The translations under genes and the position numbers were made by a program. From assembly GCA_963842525.1 (NCBI GenBank), contig CAWJGT010000023.1, positions 320,001 to 384,000 on the forward strand: a stretch of 64,000 nt of DNA, read 5' to 3'. This document shows, piece by piece, positions 54,325 through 64,000 of the stretch (position 1 is its first letter; every line of letters begins with the position of its first letter). Under the pieces are notes generated by a model, which was not told the DNA's origin, did not search any database, and worked only from the letters and a program-made list of their open reading frames with translations. This DNA is from an uncultured Holophagales bacterium (GTDB taxonomy: Bacteria > Acidobacteriota > Thermoanaerobaculia > Multivoradales > UBA5704).

Positions 54325-55112
54325 TGTGCACCACCTGCGGCTGCTCCGGCCACACCCACGAGCCTCACGACGACGATCATGGACGCCATCCCCACGCGCC
54401 GCACGAGCACGGCCCTGAGCACGCTCATCAACACGAGCACGCTCCGCCGGCCGCCACCGTGATCCGCCTCGAGCAGCAGATCCTGGCCCGCAACGACGAG
54501 CAGGCAGAGCGCAATCGCCGCCGGCTCGCCGCGCAGCGGGTTCTGGCCCTCAACCTGATGAGCGCTCCTGGAGCGGGAAAGACCACCCTCCTCGAGCGCA
54601 CGGTGCGCGAGCTGGGCGGCAGCCTCCCCTTGCAGGTGATCGAGGGAGACCAGGCGACAGATTACGACGCCCGCCGCCTGCGAGAGACCGGCTGCCCGGT
54701 GGTGCAGCTCAACACCGGGACCGGCTGCCACCTCGACGCCAGCATGGTGGACCGCGGCCTGCACCACCTCCCGCTCGCCGACGGCTCGATCCTGGTCATC
54801 GAAAACATCGGCAACCTGGTCTGTCCGGCCTTGTTCGACCTCGGCGAGCACGCGCGCGTGGTGGTCGCGGCCGTGACCGACGGGGACGATAAGCCGGTCA
54901 AGTACCCCCACATGTTCCGCGCCGCCACCCTGGTCGTGCTCAACAAGATGGACCTGCTGCCCTACGTCGCCTTCGACCTCGACCGCTTCCAGGCGTTCGC
55001 CCGGCAGATCAATCCGGGAGTCACGGTGCTTCCGCTCTCGGCCAGCCGTGGCGACGGCGTCGACGCCTGGATCGGCTGGCTCCGCGAGCAAGCTCGGAAT
55101 GGCGCCGCGTGA
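54324..55112 (+). CDS. hypB: Nickel incorporation GTPase HypB
   Basis: MCTTCGC, His-rich linker, PGAGKT, GCHLD, ENIGNLVCP, NKMD. Confidence 0.95.
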   Translation: MCTTCGCSGHTHEPHDDDHGRHPHAPHEHGPEHAHQHEHAPPAATVIRLEQQILARNDEQAERNRRRLAAQRVLALNLMSAPGAGKTTLLERTVRELGGSLPLQVIEGDQATDYDARRLRETGCPVVQLNTGTGCHLDASMVDRGLHHLPLADGSILVIENIGNLVCPALFDLGEHARVVVAAVTDGDDKPVKYPHMFRAATLVVLNKMDLLPYVAFDLDRFQAFARQINPGVTVLPLSASRGDGVDAWIGWLREQARNGAA

Positions 55113-57433
55113 AGACGTCCCGCTTGCCGAGCTGACGGACGCATTCCTGGACGGCCAGGCCCCGGCCGACCTCCAGGAGGCGCTCTCCATCCCTCTCTGC
55201 TCGGTGGCGCCAGCCACGGCGGCGACGCCGGCTCCTCCAGCGCCGCCGGCACGCCTGTATGGCCGGCCGGAACGAGCGAGGGAAGGGAGCTGCAGCTCGT
55301 CGAGGCGCGCTACCGGGCGCTGGTCGAGCAGATCCCGGCAGTGGTGTTCCTCGCCTCGGTCGAAGGAGGCTTGAACGACATCTACGTCAGCCCGCAGATC
55401 GAGTCGCTGCTGGGGTTTACGCAGAAGGAGTGGACCAGCAATCCCGTCCTCTGGTTCCGGCAGCTCCACCCCGACGACCGCATGCGGCTCAGCCGCGAGT
55501 TCGCGAAGACCTGCGTCACCGGCCAGCCGTTCCGCAGTATCGTGCGGGTGTTCGACCGTGCCGGCGCCCTGGTGTGGGTCCATGCCGAGGCGAGGCTGGT
55601 GCGCGACGGGTCCGGTCGTCCGCTCTTCCTGCACGGCGTCGGCTTCGACGTCACCGAGCAGCAGAAGGGCGAGCAGACGCGCCAGCAGCTCCTGCTGGAG
55701 CAGCAGGCGCGCGCGGCGGCCGAGGAGGCCTGGCGGCGGGCTTCCTACTTGGCCCGCGTGAGCCACGCGCTGAGCGCGAACCTCGACTATCCGTCGATCC
55801 CCGGCGAGGTGGCGCGGCTGGTCGTCCCCGAGCTGGCGGACCTGAGCGCGCTCACAGGGCGCTCCAAGGGCTCGCTGCAGACGCTGGCACTTGTCCACAG
55901 GGATCCAGCGCGGCTCGAGCTGGCGAGGCGGCTCTGGGATGGCTATCCAGAGGGGTTGCACGCTGCGGGCGAGATCGGTCGCGGCAGGTGGAACGGAGAG
56001 CCTGAGCTGGTCTCCGAAGTCGACGATGCCGTCCTGGGCGCCATCGCCCGTGGTGCGGAGCACCTCGCGCTGCTGCGCCAGCTGGCGCCGAAGTCCTTCA
56101 TGATCGTGCCGGTCCGCGGCCGGAATCTCGTGCACTGCGTCTTGACTCTGGTGACCGCCGAGTCGGGACGGCGCTACGGGCCCGAGGATCTGGCTGTCGC
56201 GGAGGACGTCGCGCAACGGGCTGCCCTGGCCATGGACAACGCGCAGCTCTATCGGGAAGCGCAAGAGGCGAGCCGCCTCAAGGACGAGTTCCTGGCCACC
56301 CTCTCGCACGAGCTGCGTACGCCGCTGAACGCGATCGTCGGCTGGACGCACATCCTGCAGGCCAACGCCGACGATGCGTCGCCGAACGTGCGCAAGGCGA
56401 TCGAAACCATCGCGCGCAACGCCCAGGTGCAGAACCAGCTCATCGCCGATATCCTGGATGTATCGAGGATCGTTGCCGGAAGCTCTCGCCTCAAGGTCCA
56501 GCCGGTGGACCTGGTCAGCGTGATCGAGGCGGCGCTGGACACGGTGCGTCCGGCAGCCGAGGCGAAGGAGATCCTGCTGCAGACGATCTTCGACGCCTCG
56601 GCGGGATCTGTGTCGGGGCGACCCCGACCGGCTGCAGCAGGTGGTCTGGAACCTGCTGTCCAACGCGATCAAGTTCACGCACGCGGCGGGGCAAGGTGCA
56701 GATTCGTCTGGAAGCCGTCGACTCGCATCGTCGAGATCGTGGTCGAGGACAGCGGTCCCGGGATCGATCCGGAGTTCCTGCCCTACGTGTTCGAGCGTTT
56801 CCGCCAAGCCGATTCCTCCAGCACCCGCCGTCACGGCGGGCTGGGGCTTGGATCTGGCGATCGTGCGGCATCTGATCGAGCTGCACGGCGGCACCGTCCA
56901 CGCCGCCAACCGCGAGGACCGGTCTGGCGCCGTCTTCAGGGTCACGCTGCCCGGCGTAGCGTGGCGTCCGGCGCGACCCACGCGTTCTCCCACCCCGCCA
57001 CCGCGGAGGAAACCGGGTGGCTGCAGGCGACGCCTCGCTCGCCGGCCTGCGGGTCTGGTAGTAGACGACCAGCGGGACGGGCGCGAGCTGGTAGCCACGG
57101 TGCTCGAGCGATGCGGCGCCAGGTCACTGAGGCCGCCTCGGCACGCGAGGCCTACGAGGCGCTCCAGCGCGCCGCTTCGATGTCTTTCTCGCCGACATCG
57201 AGATGCCCGAAGAGGACGGCTACTCGCTGATCCGCAGGATCAGGAGCTATCGGCAGGGTGGGAAGATGCGCGCGCGCTCACGCCTATGAGAGCGCTCAGG
57301 ATAGCGTGCGAAGCTTGGAGGTGGCTTTCAGATGCACTCTAGAAACGGTGCAGCTTGCGAGCTGGCGGCGGCGGTGGCCAGCCTGGTGCGGATCAGGAAG
57401 CGCGGTTGGGCGGGGAACGGCGAGCTCGGCTGA
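55099..57433 (+). CDS. Hybrid sensor histidine kinase PAS-GAF-HisKA-HATPase-REC (multiple frameshifts)
   Basis: PAS (YVSPQIESLLG...LHPDD), GAF, EFLATLSHELRTPL, WNLLSNAIKFT, DSGPGI, GGLGLG; receiver remnants LVVDD and DIEMPEEDG. Confidence 0.8.
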
Positions 57434-57464
57434 TGGGTTCGGGGATGCGCAGGTATAGTGGTGC

Positions 57465-59683
57465 ATGGAACGTCGCTAGATAGCGGTACGCGGCATGTAC
57501 AGGGGGTAGGCTTCCGGCGTTGTCTACGGGTTGGCGGGACAGCTCGGGCTCCACGGATCGGTGCGGAATAGGGCGGCGAGGTGCTCATAGAGGTAGAGGG
57601 CTCGCTTCGGTGCTAGACGGTTCTGGACAGGATCGCTGGGAGCTGCGCCTCTGGCTCGCATAGAGGACTGCGCTGGACGTAGAGCGAGGGCAGGGATAGG
57701 CGCGCTCGGACGAGCGCGATTACGGATCGCGCGAGCGATGACGCGGCGACGGCGCGCTCGGAATCTCCCCCGACGTCGCCTTGCGAACACTGCCTCGCTG
57801 AGCTGCACGATCTGCGGATCGCGCTATCGCTACGGTTCTCAATTGCACGCAGTGCGGGCGCGGCTGACGATCACCTCGCTCTGCGTACGACGCGAACGCA
57901 CCACCTGGCGGCGTCGCCTCTGTCTGGTGAGACAGTAAGAGAGCTCGGAGGATCGCAGGTTCCACGCTCAGCGCATCGCCTGCGCGGCTTGCGGCTCGCG
58001 GCTCCGGTGGCGCAACGCTGGCGGCGGCGACGCGGATGATGCGGATGATGCGCTCGCGGCGCGGCGCGGAGGATCGCAGCGGCGGCCTCGTCGCGATCAA
58101 AGGAGTGGCGGCTTCATCTCGCCTGCGATGCCGCTCAGGAAACGCGGTAGACGCCTGCGGGCGGGCAAGGGACGAGGCGACAAGCGTTCGCGCTCATGGT
58201 GCAGACTTGCGACGGCACGCTGGCTGTGCGAGCTGGACGAAGCGGCTGAGCGCTGCTGGCGCCGCGGAGCGGCGGTGGTCTCCTGCGCGGCGGCGCGGAG
58301 CGCGGTGGCGCTGGGCGTCGCTCCCGGGGGCGCTCTCCTCGGCCTGCTCCTGCTCTACTCGCCGCTTCACGACTTCTCCTGGAGCGGCTGGGGCGACGGT
58401 AGTGCTCACGAGCGGCAACGCAGCGGCGAGCGATGGCGATAGAGGAAGGCGAGGCGCGGCGCGGCTCGGGGATGTCGCTGATGGATTCTGACTCGCGACG
58501 CTCGATCGCGTGCGCTGCGACGACAGCGTAGTGCGCTGGACCGGACGGCGGCTGATCTCGATGCGCGCTCGCGCGGCTGGGCGCGCGGCCGGTGAGGGCT
58601 GGCCTCAAAGCGTCCGGCGGTGCTGGCTCTCGGCAGTCATGAGAAGAACACTTCTGCCTGCTGCGGGGGGAGAACGCTATCCTCTCGCACCACATCGGCG
58701 ACCTGGACACAGTAGAGGCGATCCGCGACCTGCGGTGGCTCTCTCCAATACCAGCGCCTGCTCGACTTCACGCGCAGGTAGTGGCCTGCGACCTGCACGC
58801 GGACTATGCATAGACGGTTGGCGCGAACTCTGGCGGCCTGCGAGGTCTGCCGCTGGTGCCGGTACAGCGTCACTATGCGCACGTTCTCAGCGTGCTCGCT
58901 GAGCACGAGCTGGTGGGTGGCGCTCGGCATCGTCCTCGATGGTAGCGGCCTGGGAACGGACGGGACAGTCTGGGGCTGCGAATCCCAGGCGGTGGAGGCG
59001 GGGATGGCATGTCTAGACCAACAGAGCGGGTGCGCCTGCCGGGGGCGAGGCGCGTGCGCGAGCCTGGAGAATGGCGTCGCCTGGCTGCTCGGGCCTGGGA
59101 TGGCGAGCTGCTGCGCTCGACCTGCCGTGCTCGCGGCAGAGCCACGAGCGCGGCACGCGTCGAGCGGCTGGTGCTCGCGGAATACAGGCGCGCTCGCCTC
59201 GAGCGCGGCGGCTGTTCGATGCGGTGGCCGCTCTTCTCGGCCTGCGTTCCAAGGTGTCGTTCGAGGGACAGGCCGCCATGGAGCTGGAAGCTATCGCCGC
59301 AGCGGGGCCGGCACGGCGTACGCTTTCGCTCTCGACGCAGCCGCGGACGGTTTCGTGCTGCGCTTCGACGCGGCGATCCGCGCCATTGCCGAAGAGGTTG
59401 CCGCCGGCGCTGATCCCGGCCGGATCTCCGCCCGCTTCCATCGGACGCTCGTCGACGCGCTGGTCGCCGGCGCGCGCCGGGCACGCGAGGAACAGGGGCT
59501 CGAATGCGCGGTGCTTGCCGGCGGCTGCTTCCAGAACGCCGTCCTCCCGAGGGGACAAGCGAAGCGCAGGCGGCGGCGGGATTCACGGTGCTCGTGCCCG
59601 TCAACGTCCCCCCGAACGATGGTGGACTGGCGCTCGGCCAGGCCGTGGCCGCCGCGGCGGAGGAGCTGCTGCCATGTGCCTAG
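57465..59683 (+). CDS. hypF: Carbamoyltransferase HypF, heavily corrupted sequence
   Basis: Ordered fragments QGVGFR, NCTQCG, RFHAQ, GGLVAIKG, VLTSGN, PHIGDL, DGSGLGTDGTVWG, RLFDAVAALLG, GGCFQN and PPNDGGLALGQ across shifting frames. Confidence 0.8.
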
Positions 59684-59933
59684 CGATTCCCGGCCAGGTC
59701 GTCTCGTTCGAGGACGAGGCCGGACAGATCGTCAAGGTCGACGTGGCGGAAGTGCGCCGCCGGGTGCACGTCGGGCTTCTGGACCCCCTGGAAATGGCGA
59801 CAGGGTGGAGTCCACGTCGGCCGCAATCTCGAGGATCGACGAGGAGGAGGCGGCACGGACGCTCCGCTTCCTCGAGGCGCTCGGCGCGCAGTTCCAGCAG
59901 GAGCTCGAAGAGCTGCGGAGAAGTGAGCCATGA
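59674..59933 (+). CDS. hypC: HypC chaperone (frameshifted)
   Basis: MCLAIPG start; HVG and ISRIDEEEAARTL in adjacent frames. Confidence 0.85.
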
Positions 59934-60538
59934 GCCTCCGCGGCGCCGACGCCCGAGCTCGAGCCGCCCTCCGGCCAGCGCGCCCCCGACCTGCACGCGC
60001 TCGGGCAGGCGCGGTTCGGCCGTTCGCAGCAGGCGGTCGAAACCTTCTTCACGGCCCAGGCAGACGCCGTGTCGGCGGCCTGCTGGGCGATGGCGCGGCG
60101 CTTTCACCGCGGCGGACGGCTGCTGGCCTGGGGAGCCGGGGCCGCGGCGAGTGACGCCTGGCACGTCGTAGACGAATTCGTCCATCCGGTGATCGTCGGC
60201 AAGCGCGCACTGCCAGCTCTGGTGCTCGAGGACGAGCCCGCCGTCGTCTCTCCCTTCTCGGGCGCCCCACCGACATCGCGCTGGCGATTTCGCCGGGCGG
60301 CGACGATCCGCACGGAGCGGCCCTGCTGGCGCGGGCGCGGCAGCGCGGCCTGTTGACCATCGCCCTGACCGGCCGAGGGGCAGTGGACGCTGGAGCCGAC
60401 CATTGCTTCGCGGTCGAGGATGACGACCCGACGGTCGTCCAGGAAGTGCACGAAACGCTCTATCACGTGCTCTGGGAGGCGTCGACGTCTTCCTCGAGCA
60501 GCCGGGGCTCCTTGAGCCAGGGAATTTTCGTTCCATGA
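59930..60538 (+). CDS. SIS-domain (GmhA-like) protein 1, frameshifted
   Basis: MARRFHRGGRLLAWG...SDAWH...EFVHPVIVGKRALPA; LTIALTG; QEVHETLYHVLWE. Confidence 0.7.
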
Positions 60539-61184
60539 GCCACGGCCCCGAGTCCTTGCTCTATCCGTTCCTCGGCTCCGAGACCGCGGACCCGGCCCCG
60601 GTGCTGGCGGACGTCCGTGCCTCCACCCTCCGCAAGGCTGTCGACGTCGTGGCGCTGCGCGCCGCCCTCTGGGAGCGCCACGCCGGAGATCTCGCCGCCG
60701 CGGCCCCAATTCTTCGGCCGCGTTTCTTGTGGGGCGCAAGGTCCTCGCCTTCGGCAATGGCGGCAGCGCCACGGATGCCCAGGACCTGGTGAGCGAGCTC
60801 GTCACGCCACCCGTCGCCGGGTGGCGCTCGCTGCCGGCGCTCGACCCAACCCGCGATAGCGCAGTGCTGACGGCGATGGGCAACGACGTCGGCTACGAGA
60901 ACGTCTTCTCGCGCCAGGTGATCGCCTTGGGCGAGCCGGGGAACATCGCGGTCGGCTTCTCGACCAGCGGCAACAGCGCCAACGTGCTGGCCGCTTTGGA
61001 GCGGGCGAGGAAGCACGGGCTGCAGACCCAGGGCTTCAGCGGCACCGACGGCGGCGACATGGCTGCCGCCGGCCTGGACATCTGCATCGTGGCGCCGTCC
61101 AGCTACATACCCCGCATCCAGGAAGCGCACGCCACGGCGTGCCACACAATCTATCACCTGCTCGAAGCCATCTTCGACTCATGT
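60535..61184 (+). CDS. SIS-domain (GmhA-like) protein 2, frameshifted
   Basis: FGNGGSATDAQ, TAMGNDVG, STSGNSAN, RIQEAH. Confidence 0.78.
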
Positions 61185-62311
61185 AATACATCGATGAATA
61201 CCGCGATCCAGAACTGGCCACCGCCCTCCTGCGGCGCATCGAGAAGCTCGCCGCCGGGGACCGGCGCAAGTTCATGGAGGTGTGCGGCGGGCACACGCAC
61301 GCGATCTACAAGCACGGCCTCGATCAGCTCCTGCCGGATGGCATCGAGCTGGTGCACGGCCCCGGATGCCCGGTGTGCGTCATCCCCATGGGGCGGGTGG
61401 ACGACGCGATCGCGATCGCCGAGCGGGGCGTGATCTTCTCGACCTACGGCGATATGATGCAAGTGCCCGGAAGCCGCAAGAGCCTGCTCGATGCCAAGGC
61501 GGCCGGCGCCGACGTGCGGGTGGTCTATTCTCCGCTCGACGCCTTGCAGCTCGCCGTCCGCCACCCCGACCGCGACGTCGTCTTCTTCGCCATCGGCTTC
61601 GAGACCACCGCGCCGGCCACCGCCGTCACCGTGCTCCGCGCGCGGGACCAGAGACTGCTGAACTTCTCCGTGTTCTGCAACCACGTCACGATTCTGCCGG
61701 CGATCAAGGCCATTCTCGACTCGCCCGACATGCGGCTCGACGGTTTCATCGGTCCGGGTCACGTCTCGACCGTGATCGGGACCCATCCCTATCGCTGGAT
61801 TCCGGAGCGCTACGGCCTGCCGATCGTTATCTCCGGGTTCGAGCCGCTCGACGTCCTGCAGTCGGTCGCCATGCTCCTCGAGCAGCTGCGCGCCGGCCGC
61901 TGCGCCGTCGAGAATCAGTATCTGCGGGTGGTGCATCCCGCGGGTACTCCTCGAGCGGTCGAAGCGATCGCTCAGACGATGGAGCTGCGGCCACAGTTTG
62001 AATGGCGGGGGCTCGGATTCATCGGCCAGAGCGGACTGCGACTGCGCCCGGAGTTCGCTGATTGGGACGCCGAGGCCCGCTTCGCCGTACCGGGTCTGCG
62101 GGTGGCCGATCCCAAGGCCTGCCAGTGCGGCGAAGTCCTCAAGGGCGTCCTCAAGCCCTGGGAATGCCGGGTCTTCGGCACCGCCTGCACGCCGGAGACC
62201 CCGATCGGCACCTGCATGGTCTCCTCGGAGGGGGCATGCGCCGCCTACTACAACTATGGCCGCTACGATCTGCGTCGCCGCGCCGCCGAGGCGGCCGGGG
62301 AGGCCGGGTAG
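61181..62311 (+). CDS. hypD: HypD (codon 2 reads TAA, probable base error)
   Basis: M*YIDEYRD start; MEVCGGHT, GPGCPVC, GFETT, PGHVS, CMVSSEGACAA. Confidence 0.93.
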
Positions 62312-63403
62312 TGGGCGGCAAGCCGACGCTCGGCGAAGCGATGGCGCGGATCGACAGCGCCGCGGAGCATCGTCGGAGCGCGCCGACGTTCCGCGACGAA
62401 CGGGTGACGCTCTCCCACGGGTCCGGCGGCAAGGCCACCCGGATGCTGGTCGAGGCGATCTTCGCAGCCGAGCTGGCGAACCCCTTCCTGAATCCGCTGG
62501 ACGACGCGGCGCTGTTGCCTCCAGCCGCCAATGGACTCGTCTTCACCACCGACTCCTACGTCGTCAAACCGCTCTTCTTCCCCGGCGGCGACATCGGCCG
62601 GCTTGCCGTTTGCGGCACGGTCAACGACCTCGCCGTGGCGGGGGCGACGCCGCTCTATCTCTCGCTGGGCGTCATCCTGGAGGAAGGTTTCCCGATCTCC
62701 GACCTGCGCCGCATCGTGCAATCGCTGCGTCAGGCGGCGGACGAGGCGGGCGTACGAGTCGTAACCGGCGACACCAAAGTGGTCGAGCGCGGCAAGGCGG
62801 ACGGCGTCTACATCAACACGGCCGGCATCGGCCAACTGCGTCGCGGGGCGCGGCTCGCGGCCGCCGCGGCGCGCCCAGGCGACCGCATCCTGGTCTCCGG
62901 CCGCCTGGGCGATCACGGCGTGGCGATCCTGGTGGCGCGCGCGGAAGCTCGACCTCGAGTCGGAGGTGCGCAGCGACACGGCGCCGCTCCACGGCCTGAT
63001 AGCCGACCTGCTGGATATGGCCGGCGCCGGCGTGCGCAGCCTCAAGGACCCGACCCGCGGCGGCCTCGCCACGGCGCTCAACGAGATTGCGCTCGCCGCG
63101 GATGTCGGCATCGCCGTCGAAGAGTCACAGGTGCCGGTGGGCGCCGAGGTGCGCGGCGCCTGTGAGATCCTCGGCATCGACCCGCTGCACCTGGCAAATG
63201 AGGGAAAGCTGCTGGCAATCGTTGCGCCGGAGTGTGTCGCCGTGGCACTCAGAGCACTGCGAGCCCATCCCCTCGGGCGCGAGGCCGCGATTGTCGGCGA
63301 GATCGTCTCCGAGCCGCGCGGCATGGTGTTCCTCCGCACCGCAATCGGCGGTCACCGGGTGCTCGACATGCTCTCCGGCGACGCGTTGCCGCGTATCTGC
63401 TGA
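62311..63403 (+). CDS. hypE: HypE (frameshift near 62945)
   Basis: HGSGG, TTDSYVV.PLFFPGGDIG, GDTKV, DPTRGG, ANEG and C-terminal PRIC. Confidence 0.93.
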
Positions 63404-63459
63404 ATCCGGGGCCACGGCTCGACGCTGATTCCAATCGGCTCTTCCCGGCTCCTGGTTGG

Positions 63460-63660
63460 GAAGGCGCAGACCTGATCGACGGCGGAGACGACAAGGAGAT
63501 CCTCGTGGGAGACCTGGTAAACGACATCATCGTCGGCGGCAACGGGAACGACGATCTGTATGGCGGAGGGGATAACGATGCCATCGTAAGCCAGGCCGGG
63601 ACTGACGGCAGCGGCGGCACGGATTATTGCGATGCCGAGACCGAGCTCAACTGCGAGGGC
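63460..63660 (+). pseudogene. Remnant of an RTX-type calcium-binding repeat protein
   Basis: EGADLIDGGDD, DIIVGGNGNDDLYGGGDND nonapeptides ending in NCE; no start codon. Confidence 0.55.
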
Positions 63661-63762
63661 CTGAGCCGTCCGAAGGGTCTGTGCACCGCAGGCCCGCCGA
63701 CTCACGTCCGCGCGCTGAAATATTTCCTGGCCTTCCTGCCACTCATGGCTGGAGGGCCAACA

Positions 63763-64000
63763 ATGCCTCACGCAGACGTCTCCGCGAAAGTCGCTCATCT
63801 CACGGATCGAGAATTACTGGACCTCTACCTCTCCTTGCCTCCCACGGCACGCGACGAAAAGTTCGTCGACACCGCGCAAGCCGCGGAGATCACAGGTGTA
63901 TCGATCCGTACCATTCAGCTTTGGATCGAAAACGGAGCCGTGCGAGCAATCGTCATCGGCAGGAAATACAGAGTTGTCCTGGACTCCCTGAGGGCACATC
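63763..64000 (+). CDS. Excisionase-like HTH_17 DNA-binding protein, partial
   Basis: GGAGGG RBS; VDTAQAAEITGVSIRTIQLWIENGAVRAIVIGRKYRV; runs off the window end. Confidence 0.75.
   Translation, partial: MPHADVSAKVAHLTDRELLDLYLSLPPTARDEKFVDTAQAAEITGVSIRTIQLWIENGAVRAIVIGRKYRVVLDSLRAH

Overview
GC-rich bacterial window, most consistent with an Acidobacteriota (Thermoanaerobaculia-like) genome; this is inferred from the ADOP-type permeases, an IPTL-CTERM protein and Uma2/Rpn genes. Scattered frameshifts and one badly corrupted stretch (~57.2-59.3 kb) suggest a low-coverage long-read consensus. 0-13.5 kb: secreted or surface proteins, an AAA+ ATPase, an EamA transporter and PIN-PhoH. 13.5-35 kb: a defence-island-like region around thiC and its TPP riboswitch. 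It holds a Zn-ribbon/ART-like + CHAT gene pair, two Uma2 genes, a nuclease-nucleotidyltransferase fusion bracketed by a duplicated thiC promoter, a TIR-TM-WD40 protein, an orphan RHH antitoxin, and a coupled three-gene operon (nitrilase-fold enzyme, winged-HTH protein, and a 1728-aa ParA-like ATPase-REase-NACHT-pentapeptide-WD40 protein). That operon is the best candidate for an undescribed immune system. 35-43 kb: a VIT/vWA protein, ADOP permeases and Rpn. 43-47 kb: a lanthipeptide-like locus without lanB (two precursors, one missed by the ORF track, plus lanC, AraC and a trypsin-like protease) linked by a shared 32-bp upstream motif. 49-63.4 kb: a group 1h high-affinity [NiFe]-hydrogenase operon with hyp genes and an embedded hybrid sensor kinase. 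Three intergenic arrays with unrelated sequences all share a 21-bp period. All assignments come from reading motifs by eye; no searches were run.
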